Positions 15,933 through 23,263 of a stretch of DNA of 33,522 nt are shown in pieces (position 1 is the stretch's first letter; every line of letters begins with the position of its first letter). The translations under genes were made by a program, and so were the position numbers. The DNA is from a virus, in the IMG/VR virus record IMGVR_UViG_3300023180_000010, one strand, 5' to 3'. The notes beneath the pieces were generated by a model. That model did not search any database, was not told the DNA's origin, and saw nothing but the letters and a program-made list of their open reading frames with translations.

Positions 15933-16781
15933 ATGGACGGTAATATGAACTGGGCTTTCCCAGTAGACACATACAATCTATGGGCAACATCAGAACTTGA
16001 AGGCATTCCTGATGTTGAAGTACCGCAGACCATGGCTCGTGCTGTGGTGCGTACTGACACACACAAGGTACTCGGAGTGCATGGCTCTAAGTACAAGATC
16101 ATCAGACATGATGATGTGGTCAACTCAATCGCTGACAGTGTAAAGCAAGCCAGCATTAGCCAAGACTATGATATGTCTGTTGAAGTATTTGAAGACGGAC
16201 GCAAACTGCGAGGTGAGATAATCTTTCACGATCATGTCATCGAACCTAGCGTTGGAGACTATATCAAATTCCGCATCCAATTTTTCAACTCATATGATGG
16301 CTCTTGGGCATTCCAACAGTCAACAGATGGCTTGCGTTTGTGGTGTCTCAACGGATGCACAACAGCAGATAGTGTTGCCAAGACTTGGGCAAAGCATACT
16401 GCCAACATCAACATCTCAGCATCAGCAGATAAGGTAATCAATGGGCTGAATATGTTTATGAACAATCGTGATCTATACCAAGAGTATATGCAAACACCAG
16501 TAGATCACCGTTATGTAGAAGCAGTTGCAAAGAACTTGTCACTACTTCCCAAGCCAAGCAAGCGTTCAAAGTATAACGAGAAGCAACTCGAATCCATTGT
16601 GGCTTCTTACTACAACGAGGAGAAAAACTTAGGACAGAATAAGTGGGCGTTATACAACGGTCTGACTTACTGGGCTTCTCATACTCAAGACACGAGTAGC
16701 CCAGCCAACACACGCAGACAGCGTGAGAACCAACTGGCTAAACTGTTTAAGAACAATACGGTTTGGCATAACACATATTAA
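15933..16781 (+). CDS. DUF932/DUF945-like phage/plasmid protein, 282 aa
   Basis: VVRTDTHKVLGVHGSKYKIIRHDDV and FNSYDGSWAF...GLRLWCLNGC match the NSxDGS...C.NG signature I recall for DUF932. Confidence 0.65.
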   Translation: MDGNMNWAFPVDTYNLWATSELEGIPDVEVPQTMARAVVRTDTHKVLGVHGSKYKIIRHDDVVNSIADSVKQASISQDYDMSVEVFEDGRKLRGEIIFHDHVIEPSVGDYIKFRIQFFNSYDGSWAFQQSTDGLRLWCLNGCTTADSVAKTWAKHTANINISASADKVINGLNMFMNNRDLYQEYMQTPVDHRYVEAVAKNLSLLPKPSKRSKYNEKQLESIVASYYNEEKNLGQNKWALYNGLTYWASHTQDTSSPANTRRQRENQLAKLFKNNTVWHNTY

Positions 16782-16833
16782 GAGGGGATAACTGCCGCCC
16801 CTGCCGAGGGTGAGGGCGGCAGATTCCCCCCTC
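16782..16833 (+). terminator. Compound GC hairpin after the DUF932-like gene, with no U-tract. Attenuator or processing site rather than a clear terminator
   Basis: Inner stem ctgccgccc (16792..16800) / gggcggcag (16814..16822). Outer stem gagggg (16782..16787) / cccctc (16828..16833). Confidence 0.4.
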
Positions 16834-16853
16834 TTACAAACAGGAGAATGATT

Positions 16854-17069
16854 ATGACTACAATCCCATTCATCAAACAAGTGCGTCAGGCTCGACTTGC
16901 CGCAGAAGAACTGGCTAAACGTGCCAGCATCGAGAACAGTGTATTCAAGTATCGCATTGAGGTATGCGCTGACAACCTCAAGAGCATCGAGGATACATAC
17001 TATGAAGTGCTTCGTCATGATTCATCAGACGACACACCATATCAGCCGCAACTAACGGAGGTAAAGTAA
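16854..17069 (+). CDS. Hypothetical protein, 71 aa
   Basis: The AGGAG SD is spaced correctly for the second ATG (16854). TAATG junction with the next gene. Confidence 0.6.
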   Translation: MTTIPFIKQVRQARLAAEELAKRASIENSVFKYRIEVCADNLKSIEDTYYEVLRHDSSDDTPYQPQLTEVK

Positions 17070-17275
17070 TGGCATTGATGCAACGCAGACACTATGAATT
17101 CTTAGCAGATGAGGTCGCCCCATTGATGGGGTGGCCGACCAGCATCCATCGCATGGCTGATAAATTATCTAAGACCAATCCTAATTTTGATCGAGATAAG
17201 TTTATCAGTCGAGCAATAAAAAATTGGGAGGATGCTAATCCAGTGGAGGAACTAGATGACAGTCTACCATACTAA
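17069..17275 (+). CDS. Hypothetical protein, 68 aa
   Basis: GGAGG SD upstream. Coupled start. Confidence 0.6.
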   Translation: MALMQRRHYEFLADEVAPLMGWPTSIHRMADKLSKTNPNFDRDKFISRAIKNWEDANPVEELDDSLPY

Positions 17276-17552
17276 ATATAATGCTGTCTTAAAGAAGGAA
17301 GAGTATTACCAATGCCATGATTGTGGCGAAGTCTACGATGACTACAACAGTTTGCATTTCTATGATGAGTTTAGCGGTGGCTTCTGCCCAGCATGTAACT
17401 CAGAAGCATTGGATGTCTACTCAAAGTACACGGTCTATCAAACCGTGTACGCCAAATCGGGAGAACATGCCGTAGAAGAATGCCTTCATCACTATGGCTT
17501 TGAAGTAATGGAAGGCGAAATCAAACTAATGGAGAAACAAAATGTTACATAA
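17256..17552 (+). CDS. Zn-ribbon protein, 98 aa
   Basis: CHDCGEVY-(19)-CPACNS forms a CxxC...CxxC pair. GGAGGA SD lies 5 nt upstream. Confidence 0.65.
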   Translation: MTVYHTKYNAVLKKEEYYQCHDCGEVYDDYNSLHFYDEFSGGFCPACNSEALDVYSKYTVYQTVYAKSGEHAVEECLHHYGFEVMEGEIKLMEKQNVT

Positions 17553-17907
17553 GATCGAGGCACTCAAAGAGCAGATGACACCAGCCTATAAACTGGTGCG
17601 CAAAGATGACCCAGTAACCAGCCATGAAGCGGCTGAAGCAGTAGACGCCAACCGAATGGAACGCAAAGTCTATGAGGTAATCAAACGCTATGGCGCAGAA
17701 GGAGCAATCTCAGATCAAGTCTTGTTTGTTCTTGAGTATTATGGTTACAGTACAGTAACGGCACGTTACAAACAGTTGAAAGAAAAAGGTCTGGTCAAAA
17801 CAGATCACCGCAAACGCAAAGGCAAAAGCGGTCGCAACCAATTAGTAATGTGGGCAAAAGAACATTATAAAGAGGATGACGATGCTTTGTCAGAAATGCA
17901 GTGCTAG
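17542..17907 (+). CDS. Winged-helix (MarR-like) DNA-binding protein, 121 aa
   Basis: DPVTSHEAAEAV...KVYEVIKRYGAEGAISDQV...ARYKQLKEKGLV...SGRNQLVW matches a common phage wHTH pattern. Confidence 0.55.
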   Translation: MLHKIEALKEQMTPAYKLVRKDDPVTSHEAAEAVDANRMERKVYEVIKRYGAEGAISDQVLFVLEYYGYSTVTARYKQLKEKGLVKTDHRKRKGKSGRNQLVMWAKEHYKEDDDALSEMQC

Positions 17908-18163
17908 AACAAGTGTAACCGATAGCCGCATTAAAGAAGGGAACATGATCCGAAGACGCCATTGCCCTAACAGGCGTTGTGATCAATACAAAGTGAACTT
18001 CAAAACCATCGAGCAGGTTTTGGCTGTAGCCCCCAAAAAGCGAAAGCCTAAACCTGCGCCTGTTCCCAAGCAAAAACCATACAGGTCTAAGGCTGAACTG
18101 GAACTTGATGACTGGCTAAAGAGAGAAGAGTTAAGGCGTTTAACTGGAGGAGGATATGACTAA
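17882..18163 (+). CDS. NrdR-like Zn-ribbon protein without an ATP-cone, 93 aa
   Basis: MLCQKCSARTSVTDSRIKEGNMIRRRHCPNRRCDQYKVNFKTIEQV parallels the NrdR N-terminus (CPxC..T.V.DSR....IRRRR.C..C...F.T.E.V). The rest is a basic, proline-rich tail. Confidence 0.6.
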   Translation: MLCQKCSARTSVTDSRIKEGNMIRRRHCPNRRCDQYKVNFKTIEQVLAVAPKKRKPKPAPVPKQKPYRSKAELELDDWLKREELRRLTGGGYD

Positions 18164-18407
18164 TGGGTATGAGATTATTGTTGATCAACTCATTAACCGA
18201 AGACATTATCTACAGTGGTCGCAAGAAGAACTTGCTCACCGCATCGGATGTACACCATCTCTAATTCATAAATGGGAGCAGTACAAGCGAGTGCCATCTG
18301 GCTTTATGCTTGGCTGTTGGGTAGACGCTCTTGGCTTACAGATCACGGTCAACGAAAAAGAAATTGAACAACAGGGGAGTGCCGCAACAGTGCGAGTCGT
18401 GCGATAA
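18156..18407 (+). CDS. XRE-family HTH regulator, 83 aa
   Basis: WSQEELAHRIGCTPSLIHKWEQYKRVPS is a canonical HTH_3 motif. Confidence 0.75.
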   Translation: MTNGYEIIVDQLINRRHYLQWSQEELAHRIGCTPSLIHKWEQYKRVPSGFMLGCWVDALGLQITVNEKEIEQQGSAATVRVVR

Positions 18408-18500
18408 AACGAGTCATGACTTTGTGGCAATCTTAAAACAAATCTCACCAGTCATGCATTACATCATATGCGTAGACTGTTATCTAAAGGGGAATGACTA

Positions 18501-19148
18501 TTGGCAAACAAAAATCGCAACAAAGGAAACTACCACGAGAAGTGGTTCGTCTCGTGGCTCAAAGTCCTCGGCTTCAAAGCGAAGAGGCAACCCCTCTCAG
18601 GCCAGTTGGGAGGAGAGTATAGGGGCGACATCCTCTGGGACATCGGAGGAAACGAACTGGTAGTTGAAGTAAAGTATCGAGACGCATCATCTTTTCCTAA
18701 TGCATTTGCTGTACTTCAAGACAGAGACATTGCTTTCTTCAAGCGCAAGACAGGACATCCTAAAACTTGCGTGATCATCGAGGGTGATGTATTCGCCAGA
18801 TACTTTGCTCCAATATTAACTGGAGATGAAAAGCCAAAAAGACGGAAAAGGCAAACTGTTCCAGAAGATTGGCAACCAACAACCGAACTTAAGAATGACA
18901 TTAACATGAAACTCAAGGAGGACATTGATCATGACGATGAAGCCGCTAGGTTCTGCGATTACTATATCAGCACAGGGAAAACCCTTTCGAACTTCGATCT
19001 CGCCTACCGAAACTGGTGTCGTAATTCCGTTAAATTCAGAGCAGAAAGCCAAGGCTCTCGCTCGAATGGTGGAGGTAGCAAACCCCAATACAGTAGATCG
19101 AAACCTGATTTCTTCGCTGGAGTCCATAACAGGCTTTCCAGTGATTGA
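18501..19148 (+). CDS. PD-(D/E)xK (Hjc-like) nuclease domain fused to a DnaT/DUF1376-like C-terminal motif, 215 aa, TTG start
   Basis: NKGNYHEKWFVSWLKVLGF...GDILWD...LVVEVKYR is resolvase-like. PEDWQPT...FCDYYISTGKTLSNFDLAYRNWCRNS resembles replication-organiser motifs. AAAGGGGA SD lies 7 nt before the TTG. Confidence 0.6.
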   Translation: MANKNRNKGNYHEKWFVSWLKVLGFKAKRQPLSGQLGGEYRGDILWDIGGNELVVEVKYRDASSFPNAFAVLQDRDIAFFKRKTGHPKTCVIIEGDVFARYFAPILTGDEKPKRRKRQTVPEDWQPTTELKNDINMKLKEDIDHDDEAARFCDYYISTGKTLSNFDLAYRNWCRNSVKFRAESQGSRSNGGGSKPQYSRSKPDFFAGVHNRLSSD

Positions 19149-19566
19149 ACTTACACGCACAACTTTCCCTAAAGATACAGTAGACATTGTGACTACTGGC
19201 TTTGACTTCACCATTAATGACATCGAGACTTGTGACCGATGCATTATGGCGGTGCAGTCATCGCTCGTGCCATTGCCTGAGAAACAATTAGAGGAACAGT
19301 TAATGATCATGTCTAGTCTTGTTGCCAAGCCAGCAGGTGAGTCATCTAATGATGTTGCTTTCCGCATCCGCAACATGGCTATGCAGTTATCTAAATACCC
19401 AGCCGATATTGTTTTGAAGGCTATTGAAAATGTAGTTAAAGAGTCTACTTTCTGGCCTTCGCTGTCAGAATATTGGCGACACATTGGCTGGCGTATGCAC
19501 AAACGCAATCGTTTGCTTGAGTCTTTGACCAACAAAAAGATTGCATTAATGCTGGAAAATCAGTAG
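18925..19566 (+). CDS. Hypothetical replication-associated protein, possibly helicase-loader/G39P-like. Start uncertain (18925 TTG, 18931 ATG, 19066 ATG or 19141 GTG)
   Basis: AAGGAG at 18915..18920 precedes the ATG at 18931. The C-terminal part (...QLSKYPADIVLKAIENVVKESTFWPSLSEYW) looks like a genuine protein. The ORF overlaps the upstream gene out of phase by up to 224 nt. Confidence 0.55.
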   Translation: MIMTMKPLGSAITISAQGKPFRTSISPTETGVVIPLNSEQKAKALARMVEVANPNTVDRNLISSLESITGFPVIELTRTTFPKDTVDIVTTGFDFTINDIETCDRCIMAVQSSLVPLPEKQLEEQLMIMSSLVAKPAGESSNDVAFRIRNMAMQLSKYPADIVLKAIENVVKESTFWPSLSEYWRHIGWRMHKRNRLLESLTNKKIALMLENQ

Positions 19567-19596
19567 GATAATAACAGGAGAACAAGGAGAACAATC

Positions 19597-20388
19597 ATGA
19601 ATAGAATAGGTTTCATCGGCGGCAGTGACGCCCGCCGCATCATCGAAGGCGATTGGCATACACTATGGCTTGAGAAGACAGGCCAGCAAGAACCAGCCGA
19701 TCTTTCAAACAATCTTGCTGTACAACTTGGCGTACATACCGAAGGCTTTAACATTGCTTGGTTCAATCAGAACCAGTTAGACAATCAACATCATGTCGAA
19801 GAGCAAGTTAGGTATGCGGATAACGTCAATGGCGTCTTCTGTCGTGGCACAGTAGATGGTTTTATCTCAGACAAGAATGCAATCCTAGAATGCAAACACA
19901 CTTATGATCGCAATACTATGGAGTCTTGCATCAGACAGTACATGCCGCAGATACAATTTTATCTTATGTTATCCAAGGCAGACGGTTGCTATCTATCAAT
20001 CATCTTTGGCAATCGTAGATGGGAATGCGTCTATGTCTCACCAGATCAGGCATATATCAGCAACATGATGGAACACATTGCTGAGTTCTGGCGACTGGTC
20101 GAATCCAAAACCGAACCGTCTATCGGCAAACAAAATACAACTTTAACTACTGATCACATCTTGGTTGATAATATGATCAGGCGTGATGCAACTTCAGACA
20201 ATGAATTCATCAGCCGTTGCCATGATTACATTCAGTATGAGGCAGATGCCAAATCATTCGAGTCAGCCAAAGCCGACCTCAAGGCTATGGTTGCCAATCA
20301 TGAGAGGGAAGTGTACTGCGACCTTCTCACCATCAAGCGTGACAAGCGCGGCTCGTTGCGCATTACAGTCAAAGGAGAACAATCATGA
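19597..20388 (+). CDS. YqaJ / lambda-exonuclease-like recombination exonuclease, 263 aa
   Basis: IGFIGGSDARRII...GTVDGFISDKNAILECKHT carries PD-(D/E)xK/YqaJ hallmarks. A duplicated AGGAGAACA SD lies upstream. Confidence 0.8.
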   Translation: MNRIGFIGGSDARRIIEGDWHTLWLEKTGQQEPADLSNNLAVQLGVHTEGFNIAWFNQNQLDNQHHVEEQVRYADNVNGVFCRGTVDGFISDKNAILECKHTYDRNTMESCIRQYMPQIQFYLMLSKADGCYLSIIFGNRRWECVYVSPDQAYISNMMEHIAEFWRLVESKTEPSIGKQNTTLTTDHILVDNMIRRDATSDNEFISRCHDYIQYEADAKSFESAKADLKAMVANHEREVYCDLLTIKRDKRGSLRITVKGEQS

Positions 20389-20834
20389 CTGACAATATGA
20401 AACTGTGGGATGCAGTATCAACATCCGATCCGCAATACCTAAAGAAGGTATCATTCGGTGCTAGATCATTTACCGCTATTGATCCTCAATATCAGGTAAT
20501 GAAAGCAACCGAAGCCTTCGGCCCAGTAGGTCAAGGCTGGGGATGGAAGAACGAAACACGATTCATCAATCTATCTAATGGCGATACTGCTGTAGTTGCG
20601 GATGTCACTATCTGGCACGGCAGTGATGAATATAGTTTCGGCCCGTTCTCGGGCTGTCGTAAATTCTTTGATGCCGCAAAGGGACGCATGGCAGAAGACG
20701 CACCAAAGATGGCTATCACTGATGGCTTGACCAAGGCTCTATCACACCTTGGCTTCAACGCCGATGTCTTCCTAGGAAAGATGGATGGCAATAAATATGC
20801 AGACAACAACACACCAAACAAAGGAGATTGGTAA
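20385..20834 (+). CDS. Rad52/Sak-like single-strand annealing protein, 149 aa
   Basis: TAIDPQYQVMKATEAFGPVGQGWGW and KMAITDGLTKALSHLGFNADVFLG match Rad52-family SSAP motifs. ATGA-coupled to the exonuclease gene. Confidence 0.7.
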   Translation: MTDNMKLWDAVSTSDPQYLKKVSFGARSFTAIDPQYQVMKATEAFGPVGQGWGWKNETRFINLSNGDTAVVADVTIWHGSDEYSFGPFSGCRKFFDAAKGRMAEDAPKMAITDGLTKALSHLGFNADVFLGKMDGNKYADNNTPNKGDW

Positions 20835-21256
20835 TGACTGACTATGATAACAGCAATCGCGGAGCGGCTTTCAAGCCGTTCCCTGAGATGAAGTTTATCT
20901 TGCAAGGTAAGTTGCAGGTAACTCATGAAAGCACAAACCAAGAGATGCCTATCGCTCTCATCATGGCTGAAAACAAAGATGGCAAGAAGCGCATCGAAGT
21001 ATACAGCAAAATCGGCGTCCTCTTTGACAACGATAAGAATGGCAATGAGAATGCGCCAGATTATTCTGGCCCACTCGATGGCGTATCGGAGAACTTACGC
21101 ATTGCCGCATGGCGTCAGATGAAAGGCGACAATGCTTACATGTCATTCAAGGTATCCCCAAAGATGGACAAACCTGTCGAAGGCGGTTATCCTATCAACA
21201 ATCAACAAGAGGTCGCACAGCCACAGAATACGGTGGATGATGTGATTCCATTTTAA
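20834..21256 (+). CDS. Putative non-canonical ssDNA-binding protein, 140 aa, ending in the SSB-type tip DDVIPF
   Basis: The ATG at 20834 overlaps the TAA of the upstream gene, and AAGGAG lies 7 nt upstream. The core motif NENAPDYSGPL...RIAAWRQMKGDNAYMSFKV is reminiscent of DUF736 (from memory). The C-terminus VDDVIPF compares with E. coli SSB DDDIPF. Confidence 0.6.
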   Translation: MTDYDNSNRGAAFKPFPEMKFILQGKLQVTHESTNQEMPIALIMAENKDGKKRIEVYSKIGVLFDNDKNGNENAPDYSGPLDGVSENLRIAAWRQMKGDNAYMSFKVSPKMDKPVEGGYPINNQQEVAQPQNTVDDVIPF

Positions 21257-21286
21257 CAGCGAGGGCTGTTCTCCCCCTTGCTAGGC

Positions 21287-21330
21287 GCACCCCCACTGTT
21301 CTCCTCCCTCGGTGGGGGTGCTTGCTTTTG
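21287..21330 (+). terminator. Intrinsic terminator after the recombination module
   Basis: gcacccccac (21287..21296) / gtgggggtgc (21312..21321), followed by ttgcttttg. The loop is 15 nt. Confidence 0.6.
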
Positions 21331-21339
21331 AGACACATA

Positions 21340-21591
21340 ATGGCAAAGAAACCAACACTAATTAATAATAACTTAGTCGTACGCTTTCTTTTCAGTGAAA
21401 TGCATAGGCAGGGATGCCTAAAGAAAGACCTCTGTGAGAAGGTAGGCATCAACCGAAACACATTACGCAACTGGAATGTACAAAACGTACCTAAAATTAA
21501 TGACATCGAGGCGGCATTAAACTATCTAGGATACACACTTCAAATCAAACCCATCGGAGATACCAATGAACAGAACATCAATTCTAAATGA
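21340..21591 (+). CDS. HTH (XRE-like) regulator, 83 aa from the ATG at 21340
   Basis: LKKDLCEKVGINRNTLRNWNVQNVP is an HTH motif. The listed start at 21322 is a TTG inside the terminator U-tract. Confidence 0.65.
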   Translation: MAKKPTLINNNLVVRFLFSEMHRQGCLKKDLCEKVGINRNTLRNWNVQNVPKINDIEAALNYLGYTLQIKPIGDTNEQNINSK

Positions 21592-21877
21592 TGCACTCAA
21601 AGCCACAAAAGATCGCGGCGAGAACTACGGAAAGCCATCAGAAAATTTCGACCGCATTGCCTCCCTATGGAAAGCATACACAGGCAAGTCTTTCTCAGTA
21701 GTAGATGTTGGCATGATGATGATGCTAGTTAAAGTATCACGCCTTATGGAATCTCCATTGCATGAAGACTCTTGGGTAGACATTGCTGGATATAGCGCAG
21801 TTACCGCAGAAGCGATTGCCTATATTGAAGGTAGTCAGCACCCTCTTGAGGATCGGCAAAACACTGATTCCAACTGA
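21566..21877 (+). CDS. Conserved phage protein of unknown function (DUF6378-like, from memory), 103 aa
   Basis: KDRGENYGKPSENFDRIASLWKAY...VDVGMMMMLVKVSRL...HEDSWVDIAGYSA is a recurrent phage motif. GGAGA SD upstream. Confidence 0.55.
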   Translation: MNRTSILNDALKATKDRGENYGKPSENFDRIASLWKAYTGKSFSVVDVGMMMMLVKVSRLMESPLHEDSWVDIAGYSAVTAEAIAYIEGSQHPLEDRQNTDSN

Positions 21878-22826
21878 CGACATTATCGTTGTTGGGATCA
21901 ATCACCTGCATAATAGCCTGACCAAACTTCTGTTGCTCATAGCCTTTAGTAAACGCAAAGTTATCGTGATACTTATAGCCACGCGCACGAGCAAGCCAGA
22001 CAGTCTTCTCTTGCTCAACCAATTCAACATGAGACAAAGCCCAGTTATGTCTATGCCCACTGATGTACAGATCAGCAGTACCTTTTAACTTAGCCATCTT
22101 GCCTTGAGCGTGAAGCGGATTAAATTGAGAATGGCCCGGCATGTCGTGTGCGGCGTGGATGCGGCAGGAGCGTCCGTTAGGGAAGTCTAGTTGGATTCTA
22201 GCCTCCCAGTCTTCAAAGACCGTGTGCGGCTCTGAAATCCACCGCAATGGGTCGCCTGATCCAGACCACATATCATGATTGCCGCCGATAAGAATGAGAG
22301 GATTCATCTCTCTGATAAGCCATTCAACCAAACGCCAAGCAGTTTTAGATGAAGTCTCTTGCTCCCCGTATAAACGAGAAAGACGACCAACCCAGTTATT
22401 CTGTTGATCGCCTAATGAACATCCGTAAATATTATCGTTGTTCTGTATGATGTCGATGTGTTCTTTAAGCGCATCCCAATCACAATATTTATCGTCAATG
22501 TGTGGATCGCCTAACCACAATAATCCAATAGGATCATCTGACTTCATCTTAACTTTGATCCACTTTTTAGATTCACGATGCAGTTTCTTCTGCTTGAATC
22601 TAGCATGAAGATGATCAATGACGCTTTCGATTGGAAGGTCTTCTGCAACTGTATCTTCAATAGAGTAAACAGGATTGTCAGCAGATTTCTCCCCTAATAA
22701 TTTAACCTCATGCCGTTGCGCACGATGCCAAATTGTAGTTAATGGAATGCCGCTAGCCTCAGATGCTTCGCGTAATGTTCCATATTCTTGGAGTAAGTTC
22801 CAAGCCTCTTCTAGTTTATCTGACAC
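21801..22826 (-). CDS. N-terminal HTH fused to a calcineurin-like metallophosphoesterase, 341 aa, GTG start
   Basis: Motifs appear in order: GDPHID, GDQQNN, GGNHD, then AAHD..GH and SGHRH. The N-terminus GTLREASEASGIPLTTIWHRAQR is HTH-like. AAGGAG lies 7 nt before the GTG at 22826. Confidence 0.75.
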   Translation of the reverse strand: MSDKLEEAWNLLQEYGTLREASEASGIPLTTIWHRAQRHEVKLLGEKSADNPVYSIEDTVAEDLPIESVIDHLHARFKQKKLHRESKKWIKVKMKSDDPIGLLWLGDPHIDDKYCDWDALKEHIDIIQNNDNIYGCSLGDQQNNWVGRLSRLYGEQETSSKTAWRLVEWLIREMNPLILIGGNHDMWSGSGDPLRWISEPHTVFEDWEARIQLDFPNGRSCRIHAAHDMPGHSQFNPLHAQGKMAKLKGTADLYISGHRHNWALSHVELVEQEKTVWLARARGYKYHDNFAFTKGYEQQKFGQAIMQVIDPNNDNVVSWNQCFADPQEGADYLQYRQSLLR

Positions 22827-22855
22827 ATATAGTCTCCTTATGCGCTATAAACGAT

Positions 22856-22900
22856 ACATTAATAACATTAATGTTAGTTATATAGACCTTAGTAACATTA
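22856..22900. promoter_or_regulatory. AT-rich operator-like repeats upstream of the phosphoesterase gene
   Basis: ACATTAAT occurs at 22856..22863 and 22865..22872. A perfect 14-bp palindrome TAACATTAATGTTA is at 22863..22876. A further AACATTA is at 22894..22900. Confidence 0.4.
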
Positions 22901-23263
22901 CTTCTTATTTTTGTTAGTTATAGACTCAGCCAAGCCACCCCCGAAGTAGAATGACACAATCACCAACATGATTTCGCCGATCCAGAAATCTGAAAGGATA
23001 GTCTTAACACCATCTATGTCACCTTTACCAGCCAGCGTCATGCCAAGCGTGATCGCAAAGCAAGCCAAGAAGGTAAACGAAAACATAAGTGCAAGGTATC
23101 TCTGGGCAAGTTTGAATGGAGCGTACGCATTCATCAAATCAATTCGCGCTTTGCTCTTAGCGGCAATCTCTTCTTCCGAAGTGACCACCATATCGTCAAT
23201 GAGTTTCATCCCTTGTTTCACAATGTCACCACTGCCAAGGATTTTTGCTAAAATAGGAATCAT
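22898..23263 (-). CDS. Holin-like membrane protein, 121 aa (resembles the GTA-type 3-TM holin family)
   Basis: N-terminal amphipathic region with TSEEEIAAKSKARIDL, followed by hydrophobic spans (YLALMFSFTFLACFAITLGMTLA; IGEIMLVIVSFYFGGGL). It is the last gene of the coupled cassette. Confidence 0.5.
   Translation of the reverse strand: MIPILAKILGSGDIVKQGMKLIDDMVVTSEEEIAAKSKARIDLMNAYAPFKLAQRYLALMFSFTFLACFAITLGMTLAGKGDIDGVKTILSDFWIGEIMLVIVSFYFGGGLAESITNKNKK

Noticed and set aside
18816-19535. 239-aa minus-strand ORF opposite the early replication genes
   Set aside because: It is antisense to ORFs with good SDs and recognisable motifs. It is Ser/Cys/Ile-rich with a low-complexity appearance. 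It would be the only minus-strand gene inside the plus-strand operon.
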